64,000 bases of DNA from an uncultured Planctomycetales bacterium (GCA_963710365.1 CAVQAC010000023.1:7024-71023), one strand, 5' to 3'; counted from the stretch's first letter, positions 31,973 to 42,389 are shown. The notes: generated by a model from the letters alone, not told the origin. Translations and numbers: made by a program.

Positions 31973-32327
31973 TTATTGGATCGCTTGTAGAAGTACGGTC
32001 ACCAGAGGCGCCACCCCGACCACCACGGCAAAGATGAGAATTGAGCGAGGCGGGGCCTCGCGCCGGCTCTTGAGCACGACCGAACAAACGATCAATGACA
32101 GGCTGCCAATGACGAACGACGGCGAATAATAGCAGCCTCGAAAACAATTCGATCGTCGCGGCTTGCCGGTCGATCTGCACGACATACAAGTGGCAAGCCG
32201 CCGCGCCGACTTCGCAAATGAGCGTCGTGACCACCATCAACATCCAACCTACCGTCAAAAACTCAACCGAGCGGTTGTCGATCGGCTGTGCTCGCTTCGT
32301 TCGCTGCTGACGCGCTCGTTTGGACAT
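31973..32327 (-). CDS. small integral membrane protein (about 117 aa, one frameshift)
   Basis: MSKRARQQRTKRAQP.. then TM LTVGWMLMVVTTLICEVGAAA (frame of 31863-32543). This joins IGSLSLIVCSVVL..ILIFAVVVGVAPLVTVLLQAIQ (ORF 31973-32185). It ends 14 nt upstream of lutB. Confidence 0.5.
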
Positions 32328-32421
32328 CGGCTTCCTCCCCTCGCGCTGAAACCCGGTGCCGGACCATGAGGCCGCATTATATCCCGAATTTGGGCACGGG
32401 CGAGCTAGCCCGCCAGCGCGC

Positions 32422-32455
32422 AAAAAAGCCCGGCACCATGGTGCCGGGCTTTTTG
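32422..32455. terminator. bidirectional Rho-independent terminator
   Basis: AAAAAAGCCCGGCAC CATG GTGCCGGGCTTTTT. A perfect 10-bp GC-rich stem flanked by A and T runs, about 55 nt downstream of the Cys-rich gene. Confidence 0.85.
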
Positions 32456-32508
32456 CGAATAAAGTCAAACTTCGAACCGGTCCGCAGGCCGACCGGAAAC
32501 CGCAATTA

Positions 32509-33013
32509 CTAGGCGTGGTGGTAAGTGACGAGCACTTCGCCATTGTGCTTGAAGCGGACCACGACGCTGACGCCGCAGCACCAGTCGTACGTCACGATGC
32601 CACAGGCGAACAAACCGTGACGGCAGGTCACCGTAGGCTCGCCCGTGCAGCAGCCCGGCAGGCAAACGGGAATGGCCAGCTCACAGCAGGCACAGGTGCA
32701 GGGATTCTTCACAGACAACACCGTCTGCACGGGCGCCGGGGCCGGGCAACCGCAGCACGCAACCGGCCGGCCAACGTGGCGGTAGCTGATGCAGGGCGTC
32801 GGGCAGCAGGGAGCTACCGGCGGCGGTACCGGAGCACAGCAATTCGGATCGGCCGAAGTCGTGAGGCTGACCGGCATGACGGAAGCCGCAATGTCGCGGT
32901 TCAATCTGCGCGGTGCGCAGAATTCCGGCGTCGGCCTGTACGGCCATTGCAGCAAACGACAACAATGCCATAGCCGCGAACAAGTTCAAACGAAAGAAAC
33001 GGATCGCAATCAT
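32509..33013 (-). CDS. secreted cysteine-rich protein (19 Cys, six CC doublets; one frameshift)
   Basis: The signal peptide MIAIRFFRLNLFAAMALLSFAAMAVQA is in the frame of ORF 32681-33058. It joins ..DPNCCAPVPPPVAPCCPTPC..ACCGCPAPAP..CTCACCE..PGCCTGE..DWCCGVSVVVRFKHNGEVLVTYHHA (ORF 32509-32955). Confidence 0.65.
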
Positions 33014-33505
33014 CGCAAGTTCTCCTGACAACAGAATCAAAAATCCAGAGGTTCTCACCTTCGTGGGCGGAGCTCCGTCCCGCGCCCCAAAGATGGCATA
33101 TCTCCCCTGGGTTTCAAGGGCCCGGGAATGGCAGATAAACTGAACGCGGGCCGTAAGACACCTGAAATAAAAGAGTTAAGAAAAAGATCTGATTTCCGAG
33201 TTTTTTCAATTTGCGGAGAATGAGCCGTCTTTAACGACTCTCCGGCCCAAGAGCCGGAAGTAAATGGAAAATGCCGAGCCGGAAGTTTGCGTCTCGCTTG
33301 GCGTGACGTAGAGTTCTGATGGCGAGTTTTCGGTCCCATCTTTTCTCGCCACCGGCCATTCGGCCACGTCCGCACATCGATCCAGGATTGATCCGTTGAG
33401 CGCGTCAATTGATTTAACCTCCTTGCCAGGCTGGGCCATCGTGCGCAGTCTGTTGAACGACCTGCGGGCGCAAGCGCGCTGTTCGAGGCATTCGTCGCGA
33501 GGGAG

Positions 33506-34357
33506 TTGGGGATCTTGAGCGATATTCGGCGCACCTTGGAAGAGCGGCAGGTCGACATTGAGCGGCAACGAACGGCAGTCACGGCCGAACGGCTTCAACT
33601 GGACGATCGATGGAGACAATTAGACGTCTTGCGCGAGACGGTCGAACGCGGCGCTCAGCGAGTGCAGGAAGACGCCCGGCGGCTGGCGGCCGCCCAAACT
33701 GAATTGGCGGTCGTCGCCGGCACATTGGATCAACAGGGTGGGGGTTCGAATGTCGACGTCGGCTCCAGCCCGACGCGGCGTCCGGCGTTGCACGACGAAC
33801 TGGTGGCCCTGCACCACCAACTGCGCCAAGCCCAGACGCAAGTTTCGCACTTGGCCGGATCGGCGCCGGAATTGCGTGCCGCGCGGCGCGAGGTTGAGAA
33901 GCTCCGCCGGCGTTTGATGCGGCAAAACGCCCGGCTCGCACAGGCCAAGGCCCAAGGCGAAGCCCAACAATCGCAGCAAACACAACAACTCCGAGATCAG
34001 CGCAACCGGCTGTCGTGCGAACTAGAGGCCTCACGAACCCGGGTCACGGAATTGGCCGGGCAAATCGAGCTTCTGCGCGAACAGGTCGCCGCCGAACGTA
34101 AGAGCTGGCTGGGCGAACTCCGGCGGTTGCGACAAGCAGTTGAAACACTGCTTCGCGGCGGCACTCACTCGGCCGATTCGCGCACGGCGTGCGACGTCGG
34201 GCGCCCGGAAGAAAGCCTGGATTCGATCCTGGCACAATTCGAGATCTTGCAGAAGGAGCTTTCGCAACGGTTGCGGCCGGCTCCGAACGACTCTGCAACA
34301 CAGGCTAACCTGGGCTTCGATCCAATGTTTCAACCCCAAGAGGGAATCACATCTTGA
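33506..34357 (+). CDS. coiled-coil protein of unknown function
   Basis: Intact 283 aa, R/Q/E/L-rich with heptad-like character throughout. Its stop overlaps the TTG start of the next gene (TTGA at 34354-34357). Confidence 0.6.
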   Translation: MGILSDIRRTLEERQVDIERQRTAVTAERLQLDDRWRQLDVLRETVERGAQRVQEDARRLAAAQTELAVVAGTLDQQGGGSNVDVGSSPTRRPALHDELVALHHQLRQAQTQVSHLAGSAPELRAARREVEKLRRRLMRQNARLAQAKAQGEAQQSQQTQQLRDQRNRLSCELEASRTRVTELAGQIELLREQVAAERKSWLGELRRLRQAVETLLRGGTHSADSRTACDVGRPEESLDSILAQFEILQKELSQRLRPAPNDSATQANLGFDPMFQPQEGITS

Positions 34358-35695
34358 TCGAGCAAGCCCTATTCATCATGCGCCCCGGCAAGCCCTGGGA
34401 CGACCGGCCGGCTGGCCAGACAAGCGGCATTGGCGAGGAACATGCGCAAGAGCTCGCCGGCGCATTGCAGGGACTGCAAGGCTCCGCGGAATCGGCCCAC
34501 GAGGCTTTCGCCATCAGCTTCTTTCCACTTTCCTGGGGCCCGTTCTGCGTGGCCAGAACGGTTCCGGCGGCCGGTGGCGGTTTTGCTTTCGGAACCATTC
34601 TCACGCATTGCCTGGTGGTGAATCGGGAAACGATGGTTCGGTTCGCAAACAACCCCTTCGCCCTGCTGCACGCAGCGATGATCCAAGGATGGCTGCGGCC
34701 TGCCGACCACGGTTGGCCCCGGCTGAGCCGCTTCGAGATCGAAGGGGCGCTGCGCCGCTCGACACGAGTCTCGTAGCCAGCCTGGTTGGCAACCCAGGCC
34801 TGGCCGAATTCGAGACGCTGATTGAGAGTGCGCTGAAGCATTCGGCGGTGGCGCTGCCCTTAGGCTTGCAACGGCCGCGGCTTTTTGCTGCCTTGTTTAA
34901 TTGCCTGCCCATCGAATGTCGCCCTCAGTTTTCCTTCACCACGGGTCCAGCCGTCCCGGAACAATCGACTTTTCGGCTGTTCTGCCTGGACAGACCGGCT
35001 CTCGAACGAAGTCTGCTGTTGAGCGACCGGCGTTTCGTGGTGCTCGACCTGGCCGCAGAGTCGCCGTTGAGAACGAGCATCCGGAGCGGTTGGAGCGGGT
35101 TCGTGTCAGGCGTCCTTGCCGCCGGTCGCGTGGTTTGGCTAGCCGAGCAACTCCGCATTGCTCGATTAGACTTGCAGCCTGAATCGCTCAACGCCTTGGG
35201 GGACGAGTTGCTCCCGTTGCTGGCGACTCTGGAGCGCGGCGAACCGGCGCAGCCGGAAGCCTGTAGGGACTCACCGTCCGTATTCGAAACCAGTAGCAGC
35301 GGACCGCGTCGGCGCCGGACGGCGCTCACGATCCGAGCCCCAGCGCCTTTACGCTGCCAGCAACGGCCGTTGCAATTCCCCCTGCGCCGCTGGCGGATGG
35401 TCCGTCGCAGATCATTGGCCGGGAGCATCCGGCGGCCATGCATAGGCTCGAGCAACTCGACGACGTCGTGTTCGAAGCGATCGCCGGCAAGCCTGCTGCC
35501 CTGGACCAACTGCGACAACTTTGGCCAGCCGTGATGGCGGAATTGGGGCGGGATCTGATCGAAGAATCGCAAAGCCAATACCTGCGTCACGCCATGAGCG
35601 TGTGGAAGGATTGCATCGCAGGCGACGAGCTGCGCAACCCGCGCCTGGCCGTTGCCGTGACTGATGTGATTTCAATCCTGCTCGGCGTGGGATGA
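34354..35695 (+). CDS. conserved hypothetical protein (about 447 aa, frameshifted), coupled to the coiled-coil gene
   Basis: Fragments 34354-34776, the middle of 34140-35534 (LDTSLVASLVGNPGLAEFETLIESAL..) and 35438-35695 tile one frame-shifted gene. I see no catalytic motif. Confidence 0.5.
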
Positions 35696-35751
35696 AACGC
35701 GGCGGAACGGAACACCGATAGCGCCTGGCAATCTTAGGCAATGCCGAGCGG

Positions 35752-36906
35752 CTATTTGGTGGCGCCCTGCAAAACATCCAGAAATTGCCTGAAGAGGTAG
35801 CTACTGTCGTGCGGCCCGGCCGACGCTTCAGGATGGTACTGGACACTGAAGGCCGCCAGCTCGCGGTGCCGAATGCCTTCGATCGTATTGTCATTGAGAT
35901 TCCGGTGCGTGACTTCCAGCGAAGCCGGAAGAGACTCCTCTTCGACCGCAAAACCGTGATTCTGCGAGGTGATTTCGACGACCCCGGTTTGCAGGTTCAT
36001 CACCGGTTGATTGGCGCCGCGGTGTCCGAACTTGAGCTTGAAGGTCTTGGCGCCACAGGCCAGCGAAAGCAGTTGATGACCGAGGCAGATGCCGAAAATC
36101 GGTGTTTTCCCAAGCAGGCCGCGGATCGTGTCGATGGCATAGTTCAGCGGTTCGGGGTCGCCGGGTCCGTTGGACAGGAACACACCGTCGGGCTCCATGC
36201 CCAACACTTCGGCGCTGCTGATCGTGCCGGGTACGACCGTCACGCGGCAGCCCATGTCAAAGAGATGACGGGCGATGTTCCATTTCATGCCATAGTCGAT
36301 GGCCACGACGTGCGGCCGCGATTGATCGCCGCTACCGCTTTCGGGTGCGCCCGGTTCTGCAATCCCCGGCAGCATCGACCAGGAATTCAAGCGCTCGTCC
36401 CAATTGCGGGCAACGGGGGGCATGACTTCACGCACCAGGTCGCGGCCCACCAGTCCCCGGCTGGCCTTGGCCTTTGCGACCAGACTGGCGTCATCGAGGT
36501 CCGTGGTCGAAAGAACCCCCTTCATGGCTCCTCGGCTGCGAATCCGCCGAACCAGAGCGCGGGTGTCGATTCCAGCCAGGCCAACAACTCCGGCCTTTTG
36601 CAGGTACTCGTTCAAATTTCCGTCTGCCCGGAAGTTGCTCGTTCGACGGCTCAATTCGCGGACGACGAAACCGGACAGATGGGGCTTGGCGCTTTCGACA
36701 TCCTGGGCATTGACGCCGTAATTGCCGATCTCGGGGTAGGTCATCGTGACGATCTGGCCGCGATAGCTCGGATCGGTCAGGATTTCCTGATATCCGGTCA
36801 TCGAGGTGTTGAAGCAGACTTCGCCGTCAACTTCACCCTGGGCACCAAAGGACGTGCCGGTGAACACGGTTCCATCTTCGAGGGCAAGTTTTGCAATCGG
36901 CGTCAT
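35752..36906 (-). CDS. carA: carbamoyl-phosphate synthase small (glutaminase) subunit
   Basis: Intact 384 aa. FNTSMTGYQEILTDPSYRGQIV, GICLGHQLL (catalytic Cys) and QYHPEA. Confidence 0.92.
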   Translation of the reverse strand: MTPIAKLALEDGTVFTGTSFGAQGEVDGEVCFNTSMTGYQEILTDPSYRGQIVTMTYPEIGNYGVNAQDVESAKPHLSGFVVRELSRRTSNFRADGNLNEYLQKAGVVGLAGIDTRALVRRIRSRGAMKGVLSTTDLDDASLVAKAKASRGLVGRDLVREVMPPVARNWDERLNSWSMLPGIAEPGAPESGSGDQSRPHVVAIDYGMKWNIARHLFDMGCRVTVVPGTISSAEVLGMEPDGVFLSNGPGDPEPLNYAIDTIRGLLGKTPIFGICLGHQLLSLACGAKTFKLKFGHRGANQPVMNLQTGVVEITSQNHGFAVEEESLPASLEVTHRNLNDNTIEGIRHRELAAFSVQYHPEASAGPHDSSYLFRQFLDVLQGATK

Positions 36907-37140
36907 GTGGATCCCGGGGAAGTTTTTGTTGCTGCGCCGACCCGCACGCTAAGGCCGGCTATTCCGTTTATGCCGCGTCCCACGATTGCGCGCGTCGCGG
37001 TCGTTCCATCGGCAGGCTTCGCGCGCAGTTCGCCGAGTCGAGCCTAAAGTCTTACGCTAGCATGCCCGATACGTTGCTATGGCTGTGGGTCTCTGGACAA
37101 AAGTGAACGCAAGTTCGCTCTAGTTCGGACAGCCTCTGAG

Positions 37141-37178
37141 GGGGTCTTGTCCCGGCGAACAAGACTCCCTTTTTTATT
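37141..37178 (+). terminator. plus-strand Rho-independent terminator with no annotated plus-strand gene upstream
   Basis: GGGGTCTTGT cccggcga ACAAGACTCCC TTTTTTATT. On the minus strand the stem is not followed by a U-tract. Confidence 0.55.
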
Positions 37179-37252
37179 GCGCCACGGGCAGTTACGAAGC
37201 GCGGCGTCATTATAGCCGGCGCCAGCCCGCCTGAGAAGTTGCCGTGTGGGGG

Positions 37253-38530
37253 TCAAACCACCGGCTTCGGCTCGGCCGCGACCGCACTCTTGGTCTCGGC
37301 GTTCAAGCAACGGGCGATGTTGCGGACCGCCTGGCGAAGGCGATTCTCGTTCTCAACCAGGGCCAATCGCAGATAGCCCTCGCCGGCCGGCCCAAAGCCC
37401 GTGCCGGGACTGACGGCCACGTCGGCCTGCTCCAGCAGCTTCATGGCAAAGTCAATGGTGTTCATCTGCCGGGCCCATTCTTCCGGGACTTTGGCCCACA
37501 CGAACATGCCCGCCCGGGGGGGCGTCACCTCCCAGCCAATGCGCCGCAGACTGTCGACCAACACGTCGCGACGGCCTTGATACAGGGCCGCCTGGCTCTC
37601 GACCGCCGCTTCCGTGTGACGCAGGGCCATGATCGCGGCGATCTGAATGGCCTGGAACATGCCATAGTCGTAGTAGGCCTTGATCGTCCCCAGAGCCTTG
37701 ACCATCTCGGCGTTCCCGGCACAAAAGCCCACCCGCCAACCGGCCATGTTGTAGCCCTTGCTCATGGTCGTGAACTCGACGCCCACGTCGATCGCACCCG
37801 GCGCGGCCAGGAAACTGGGCGGCTGGTAGCCCTCGAAGGCGATGTCGGCATAAGCGAAATCGCTAATCACCATGAAGCCATACCGCTTCGCAAGCTTCAC
37901 GACTTCGACGAAGAACTCGGGCTCAACCGTGACCGTCGACGGATTGTGCGGATAGTTGACGATCAGCAGCTTGGGCTTGGGGTGCAGCCGCTCGCAGGTG
38001 TAGGCGATATTCGAGAGAAACTGCTCGCTGTCGGCCACTTCGAGCGTAATCGCATTGCCAGCCGCCAGGGCCACGCCGTAAACGTGGACGGGAAAGTACG
38101 GAGCCGGAACAACGGCCGTGTCGCCCGGGCCCATCAAGGCCAGGCACAAATGGCTGAAACCCTCCTTCGAGCCCAGGCAAACGACGACTTCGCGTTCTGG
38201 GTCGAGCCGCACGCCGAACTTGCGAAAGTACTTGCTAGCCACTTCGCGCCGCAGATTCATGATCCCCAGCGACTGGCTGTAGCCATGGTTACGCGGGTCG
38301 CGGGCCGCCTCGACGAGCTTCTCGATGACCAATTCGGTGGGAGGTTCCGAAGGATTGCCCATGCCCAGGTCGATGACGTCGTCGCCGGCTCGCCGCTTCT
38401 GGTACAGCATGGCGTTGATGCGGCCGAACAAGTAGGGCGGAAGCCGATGCATCCGTGCTGCCAATTCCACCTTGAACGGTTCGGCGGCACCGTCGTTACG
38501 ACCGGGATTCGAGGGAACGCTCATGGGCAA
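37253..38530 (-). CDS. class I/II PLP-dependent aminotransferase (alanine/aspartate transaminase-like)
   Basis: Intact 425 aa. NYPHNPS, and [12 protein letters not shown] (PLP Lys context). Confidence 0.88.
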   Translation of the reverse strand: MPMSVPSNPGRNDGAAEPFKVELAARMHRLPPYLFGRINAMLYQKRRAGDDVIDLGMGNPSEPPTELVIEKLVEAARDPRNHGYSQSLGIMNLRREVASKYFRKFGVRLDPEREVVVCLGSKEGFSHLCLALMGPGDTAVVPAPYFPVHVYGVALAAGNAITLEVADSEQFLSNIAYTCERLHPKPKLLIVNYPHNPSTVTVEPEFFVEVVKLAKRYGFMVISDFAYADIAFEGYQPPSFLAAPGAIDVGVEFTTMSKGYNMAGWRVGFCAGNAEMVKALGTIKAYYDYGMFQAIQIAAIMALRHTEAAVESQAALYQGRRDVLVDSLRRIGWEVTPPRAGMFVWAKVPEEWARQMNTIDFAMKLLEQADVAVSPGTGFGPAGEGYLRLALVENENRLRQAVRNIARCLNAETKSAVAAEPKPVV

Positions 38531-38760
38531 TCAAACCACCAACTTCACAAGGCGTTTGGATCGTGCGAGCCGTCTGGCGAGCCCGCACTCCGAGGTGACA
38601 CGAACAACCCCAGCACGATTGCAGAATTGCGACCTGGCCGGTTGTTCCAGCCATTCCGCCGGCTGCCAGGGCACGCGTGCTGGATATTCAGGATACCGCG
38701 ATTGGGCCGGAAAGGAAACCAGCCCGATCGATCTCACGACAGGGCGGAACGTGCCCAGGT

Positions 38761-40739
38761 TCACCGCCGCAGGGTGGTCGGGACGTCTTCCGACGGATTC
38801 CTGCGAGCCGTATTGGGTTGCGAAATCGACTGGCCCGGGGCCCAATCGTTGGCTGATTTTCCCTTGTACGGCGATTGCGAGGTGTTGGCCAGGAAATTGT
38901 CGATTTGGGCCCCTTCTTGCAGGTTCGTGAACTCTTTGGCCATCGCCATCCGCAGCTTTTTCTCGTAGATATCCTCGAAGATCTGGTCGCGGACTTCTTC
39001 GAAGGTGATCTTCGTCGGCTCGGTGAATCCCAGGCAGAACAAAATCACGTACTTGTCAGCCGCCTGGATGACGCCCGAAAGTTCACCAGGTTGCAGTGCG
39101 AATGCTTCCTTTTCCAGCACCGGCTGGCCGCCGAACTTCTGAATGGGCGGGATTTCGCCCCGCAGGGCTCGGCTGCTCGGCTCGACGGAATACTCTTCGG
39201 CCAGATTGCCAAAGAATTCCTTCGTCATGTGATTTCGAGCCATCTCCCAAACTTCCTGGGCCTTGCGCGGTTGATTGAACACGATCGCCAGGCATTGAAC
39301 GCGCTGGCCGAAATTGGCCTCGTAGCCTTTTTGCAGGTCGTCGCGCGTAACTTCCACCTTCTCCTTGACGAGCTTCTTCAGCGCCACCGTAGGCCAGACC
39401 ACGTCGTCGTAATATAGATCGAGCGACGTCTTCTGCTTTTCGGCGATATCTTTCAGCCAGGCATCCATGTCGGCGGTCCCGTCGGGCCTGGTCTTGCCCA
39501 TCGAAACGGCCGCCCTCGCGACTTCATCCTCCAATTCCTGCCTGGTGACGGTGATGTTCTTCTGCTTGCAAGCTTGCTCCAACAGCCGGCGATTGATCGT
39601 GCCTTCCAGGCACTGCTTGCCGTTGCGCTCGATGCACTCTTCGGCCAGTTCCAGGACCGTAATCTTGCGATTGTTCAGGATTGCCGCCAAACCCGGATTC
39701 TGCTGCCGTTTGGCCGGGTCGGAATAGAAGTTTTCGAGGTGACACTGTTTTTGCAAATCGGTGAAAATGTCGCCGGCCGCCAGCCGCAATTTCTTATCGC
39801 GGCAGGCTTCCAGCAACACCTTGTGGACCTGTTCCATCGGCACTCTTTTGCCGGCAATGTGCTGATCGCACTTGAGGATCACGAACTGGTTGTCGATGGC
39901 GATGATGTCGGAGATCTGGCCCGGTTGCAGGCTGAAAGCCACTTGCAACTGCGGATGCCGAGATGCCTGCGGATCGGCGGCACCAGGCCTTTGACGCTGG
40001 CGCTATTGACGTCTTCAGAATACTGCTTGGCCAGGTTGCCAAATTCGTCGGGGCTCTTCAGAGCTGTGGCCAGGATCTCGCGGGCCTTTTCCAGACTGCT
40101 CAGGGCAATCAGCCGCACCTGCACCTGCGAACCAAACTGGGTTTCGTAAGCCTGCTGAAGCTCTTCGTCAGTGACCTGCAAGCGGGCATCGGCCAGCTTG
40201 CGCAAGGCCAAGGACGGCCACACAATATCGCGGGCGTATTGGATGGGGGTAATGTTTCGCTCTTCCTTGAGCATCTTCAGCCAGGCATCCGTCGACAGCC
40301 CGAAACGCTCGGCCATCCGTTGGATCTCGTCAGAGACCTCTTGGCTGCTGACCGTGATGTGCTTCAATTCACACTGATCGACGATCAGGTACTTATTGAG
40401 CATCGTTTCGAGCGTTTCGTTGCCGTAGTGGCGCAAGGCTTCGCGCGCCAGGTCGTTGCGAACGATTTTCTCGCCGTTAACGACGGCCACGATTTCTGGC
40501 TTGGGAGTTGGGTCTCCGCCGCCGAGCGGAGCGACGGTGCTCTGCGGCGACGATGACGATGGCGGCGGAGCATTGGCCGCCGGCGCGTTGCGCGGCGCCG
40601 CGGCCGCGGAACCCGGTCCCCAAACAGCACGCGCCATGATGCAACAGGCCAGTACCGCCAGACCACCGGCGACAAAGGTCTTCCGCTGGCCAACGAACCG
40701 CCCTGGCTTCCATGCACGGAACAGCTTCCGAGCCAACAT
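38761..40739 (-). CDS. SurA/PrsA-like peptidyl-prolyl isomerase with internal tandem duplication (one frameshift near 39930)
   Basis: ORFs 39879-40739 (TM anchor plus module 1) and 38761-39948 (module 2) join at ..GLVPPIRRHLGI/PQLQVAFSLQPGQISD. Both halves share the pattern ..DIVWPS/TVALKKL..V/T.DEL..YE..FG..V....I. Confidence 0.75.
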
Positions 40740-40855
40740 TCCGGTTTCTCCGTAAACCGTGAAACTTCAAACCCTTAGAATGCCAAAAACCGCCCTTCCT
40801 GGGCCGTTTCGGGCGGGGCAGTATAGGCGGCGCTCGATGCGAGGGTCAAGATCAG

Positions 40856-41657
40856 CTAACGCGCCCGCGAGCGGTCGGTCAGCAGGCTCTGAATTGCGGC
40901 CGGACGGTTGCTGATCAGGGCATCGACCCCATCATCGACCAACCGCTGGGCCAGTGCGGTTTCGTCGACGGTCCAAGCCCAGGCCTTCAGGCCGGCTGCG
41001 TGTATCCGCTCGATCTCGCGGCGCCCCAAGCTGGCTGCCTCCCAGCCAACGACCATGGCTCCAATCGCTCGGGCCTCGTCGAGTGCCGCGTCGGAGAGTT
41101 GCTTGCTTCCCAGCGCGCGCCAAGGGCAGGTCGGGCGCCAGCCGGCGACAGTCTCGCAGAAAATCCCAGTCGAATGCCTGGACGATCACCCGGTCGATCG
41201 CCTTACACGCTTCGAGCACTTCGACACAAACCTTGGCCGAACCGCCTTTGCGCTCGATCATGAAGCAAGAATCGGGCAGCTCCGCCAGCACTTCGGCCAA
41301 CGTCGACAGTCGCGTGTCCGCGAATTTGGGCGAAAACCAACTCCCCGCGTCCAACGGCTGCAATTCAGCCAGCGTCTTGCCGGCCAATGCGATTTTTGTC
41401 TGATGCCACTGTGCTTGCGCATCGGTCGTACGATCGAGATATTCGTCGTGGATCACCAGCGGCACGTCATCGGCCGTGTGGCGATAGTCGAGTTCGATGA
41501 AGTCGATGCCCAATTTCGCCGCGGAAACGAACGCCGGCAACGTGTTTTCCGGGGCTTCGCGACTGTTGCCCCGATGAGCGAGCACCAGCACGCGAGCGGA
41601 GCGGATGCGATCGAGGGCCGACTGCGGCATGGCGTTCGTGCCTGGAGGGGAATTCAT
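40856..41657 (-). CDS. glycerophosphodiester phosphodiesterase (frameshifted)
   Basis: VLAHRGNSREAPENTLPAF, IELDYRHTADDVPLVIHD, and C-terminal AWTVDE..LVDDGVDALISN from ORF 40856-41056. Confidence 0.8.
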
Positions 41658-41685
41658 GCCATGGGAATATTCATGCCATGGGAAT
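41652..41685. repeat. perfect 17-bp tandem duplication at the GDPD start codon
   Basis: ATTCATGCCATGGGAAT occurs twice back to back. Copy 1 contains the inferred ATG (41655-41657, minus strand). Confidence 0.9.
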
Positions 41686-41725
41686 ATATGCCTTGCGGTG
41701 ACGGCCCGCGCAAGACGGCGGCCGG

Positions 41726-42286
41726 TCAGGTTTCCATGACCTCTTGCTCTTTGGCCCTGGCCAGGTCGTTGGCCCGGTTCTCGAACTTCTTGGTCAGATC
41801 TTGCACTTCGGTTTTCACCTGGTCGCAATCATCTTCCGACAGGGTCTTGTCTTTCTGCTCCTGGTCGGCCGCCTTGTTGCCGTCGCGGCGGACATTGCGG
41901 ATGGCGACCTTGGCCTCCTCGCTCAGATCCTTGATGCGGCCAACCAGCTTGCGGCGCATTTCGGTCGACAAAGCCGGCACGTTGAGCCGAATCACGCGGC
42001 CGTCGCTCATGGGCGTGAAACCAAGCCCACTGGCTTGGATCGCCTTTTCAATGTCCTTGATCGTGCCGGGATCAAAAGGGCGAATGACGATTTGCGTTGG
42101 CTCGGGGGCGCCGACCGAAGCCAACTGCTTGATGGGCGTCGGTGAGCCGTAGACTTCGACACGAAGCGTGTCGACCAATCCAGGGTTGGCCCGGCCCGTG
42201 CGAATTCCGGACAAAGAATGCTTGAGCACGTCGACGGCCTTTTCCATCCGCTCTTCGACATCCATCAGGATTTCGTCGGCACCCAT
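41726..42286 (-). CDS. frr: ribosome recycling factor
   Basis: MGADEILMDVEERMEKAVDVLKHSLSGIRTGRANPGLVD... Intact. ORF 41726-42331 probably starts at the internal ATG 42286. Confidence 0.92.
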   Translation of the reverse strand: MGADEILMDVEERMEKAVDVLKHSLSGIRTGRANPGLVDTLRVEVYGSPTPIKQLASVGAPEPTQIVIRPFDPGTIKDIEKAIQASGLGFTPMSDGRVIRLNVPALSTEMRRKLVGRIKDLSEEAKVAIRNVRRDGNKAADQEQKDKTLSEDDCDQVKTEVQDLTKKFENRANDLARAKEQEVMET

Positions 42287-42389
42287 GATGAGCCACCCCT
42301 CTTTTTGATCGAACCGAGCCTGATTCAACAAGACCGCAAGCGATTGAAAGCATTCATGACAATTTGAGTCGACACCTGCCGCTCGACGC

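Noticed and set aside
33740-33760. tRNA T-arm-like GGGGGTTCGAATGTC
   Set aside because: There is no matching acceptor or anticodon arm around it. It lies inside the coiled-coil CDS. I found no tRNA elsewhere by eye.
35785-38968. Long plus-strand ORFs 35785-37047 (420 aa) and 37244-38968 (574 aa)
   Set aside because: They are antisense to intact, clearly homologous carA and aminotransferase genes. Their composition is Arg/Gly/Ala/His-rich, typical of shadow ORFs in GC-rich DNA. The same reasoning applies to 603-1631, 13781-14587, 14551-15957, 40908-42152, 6526-7449, 8386-9375 and 9754-10482.
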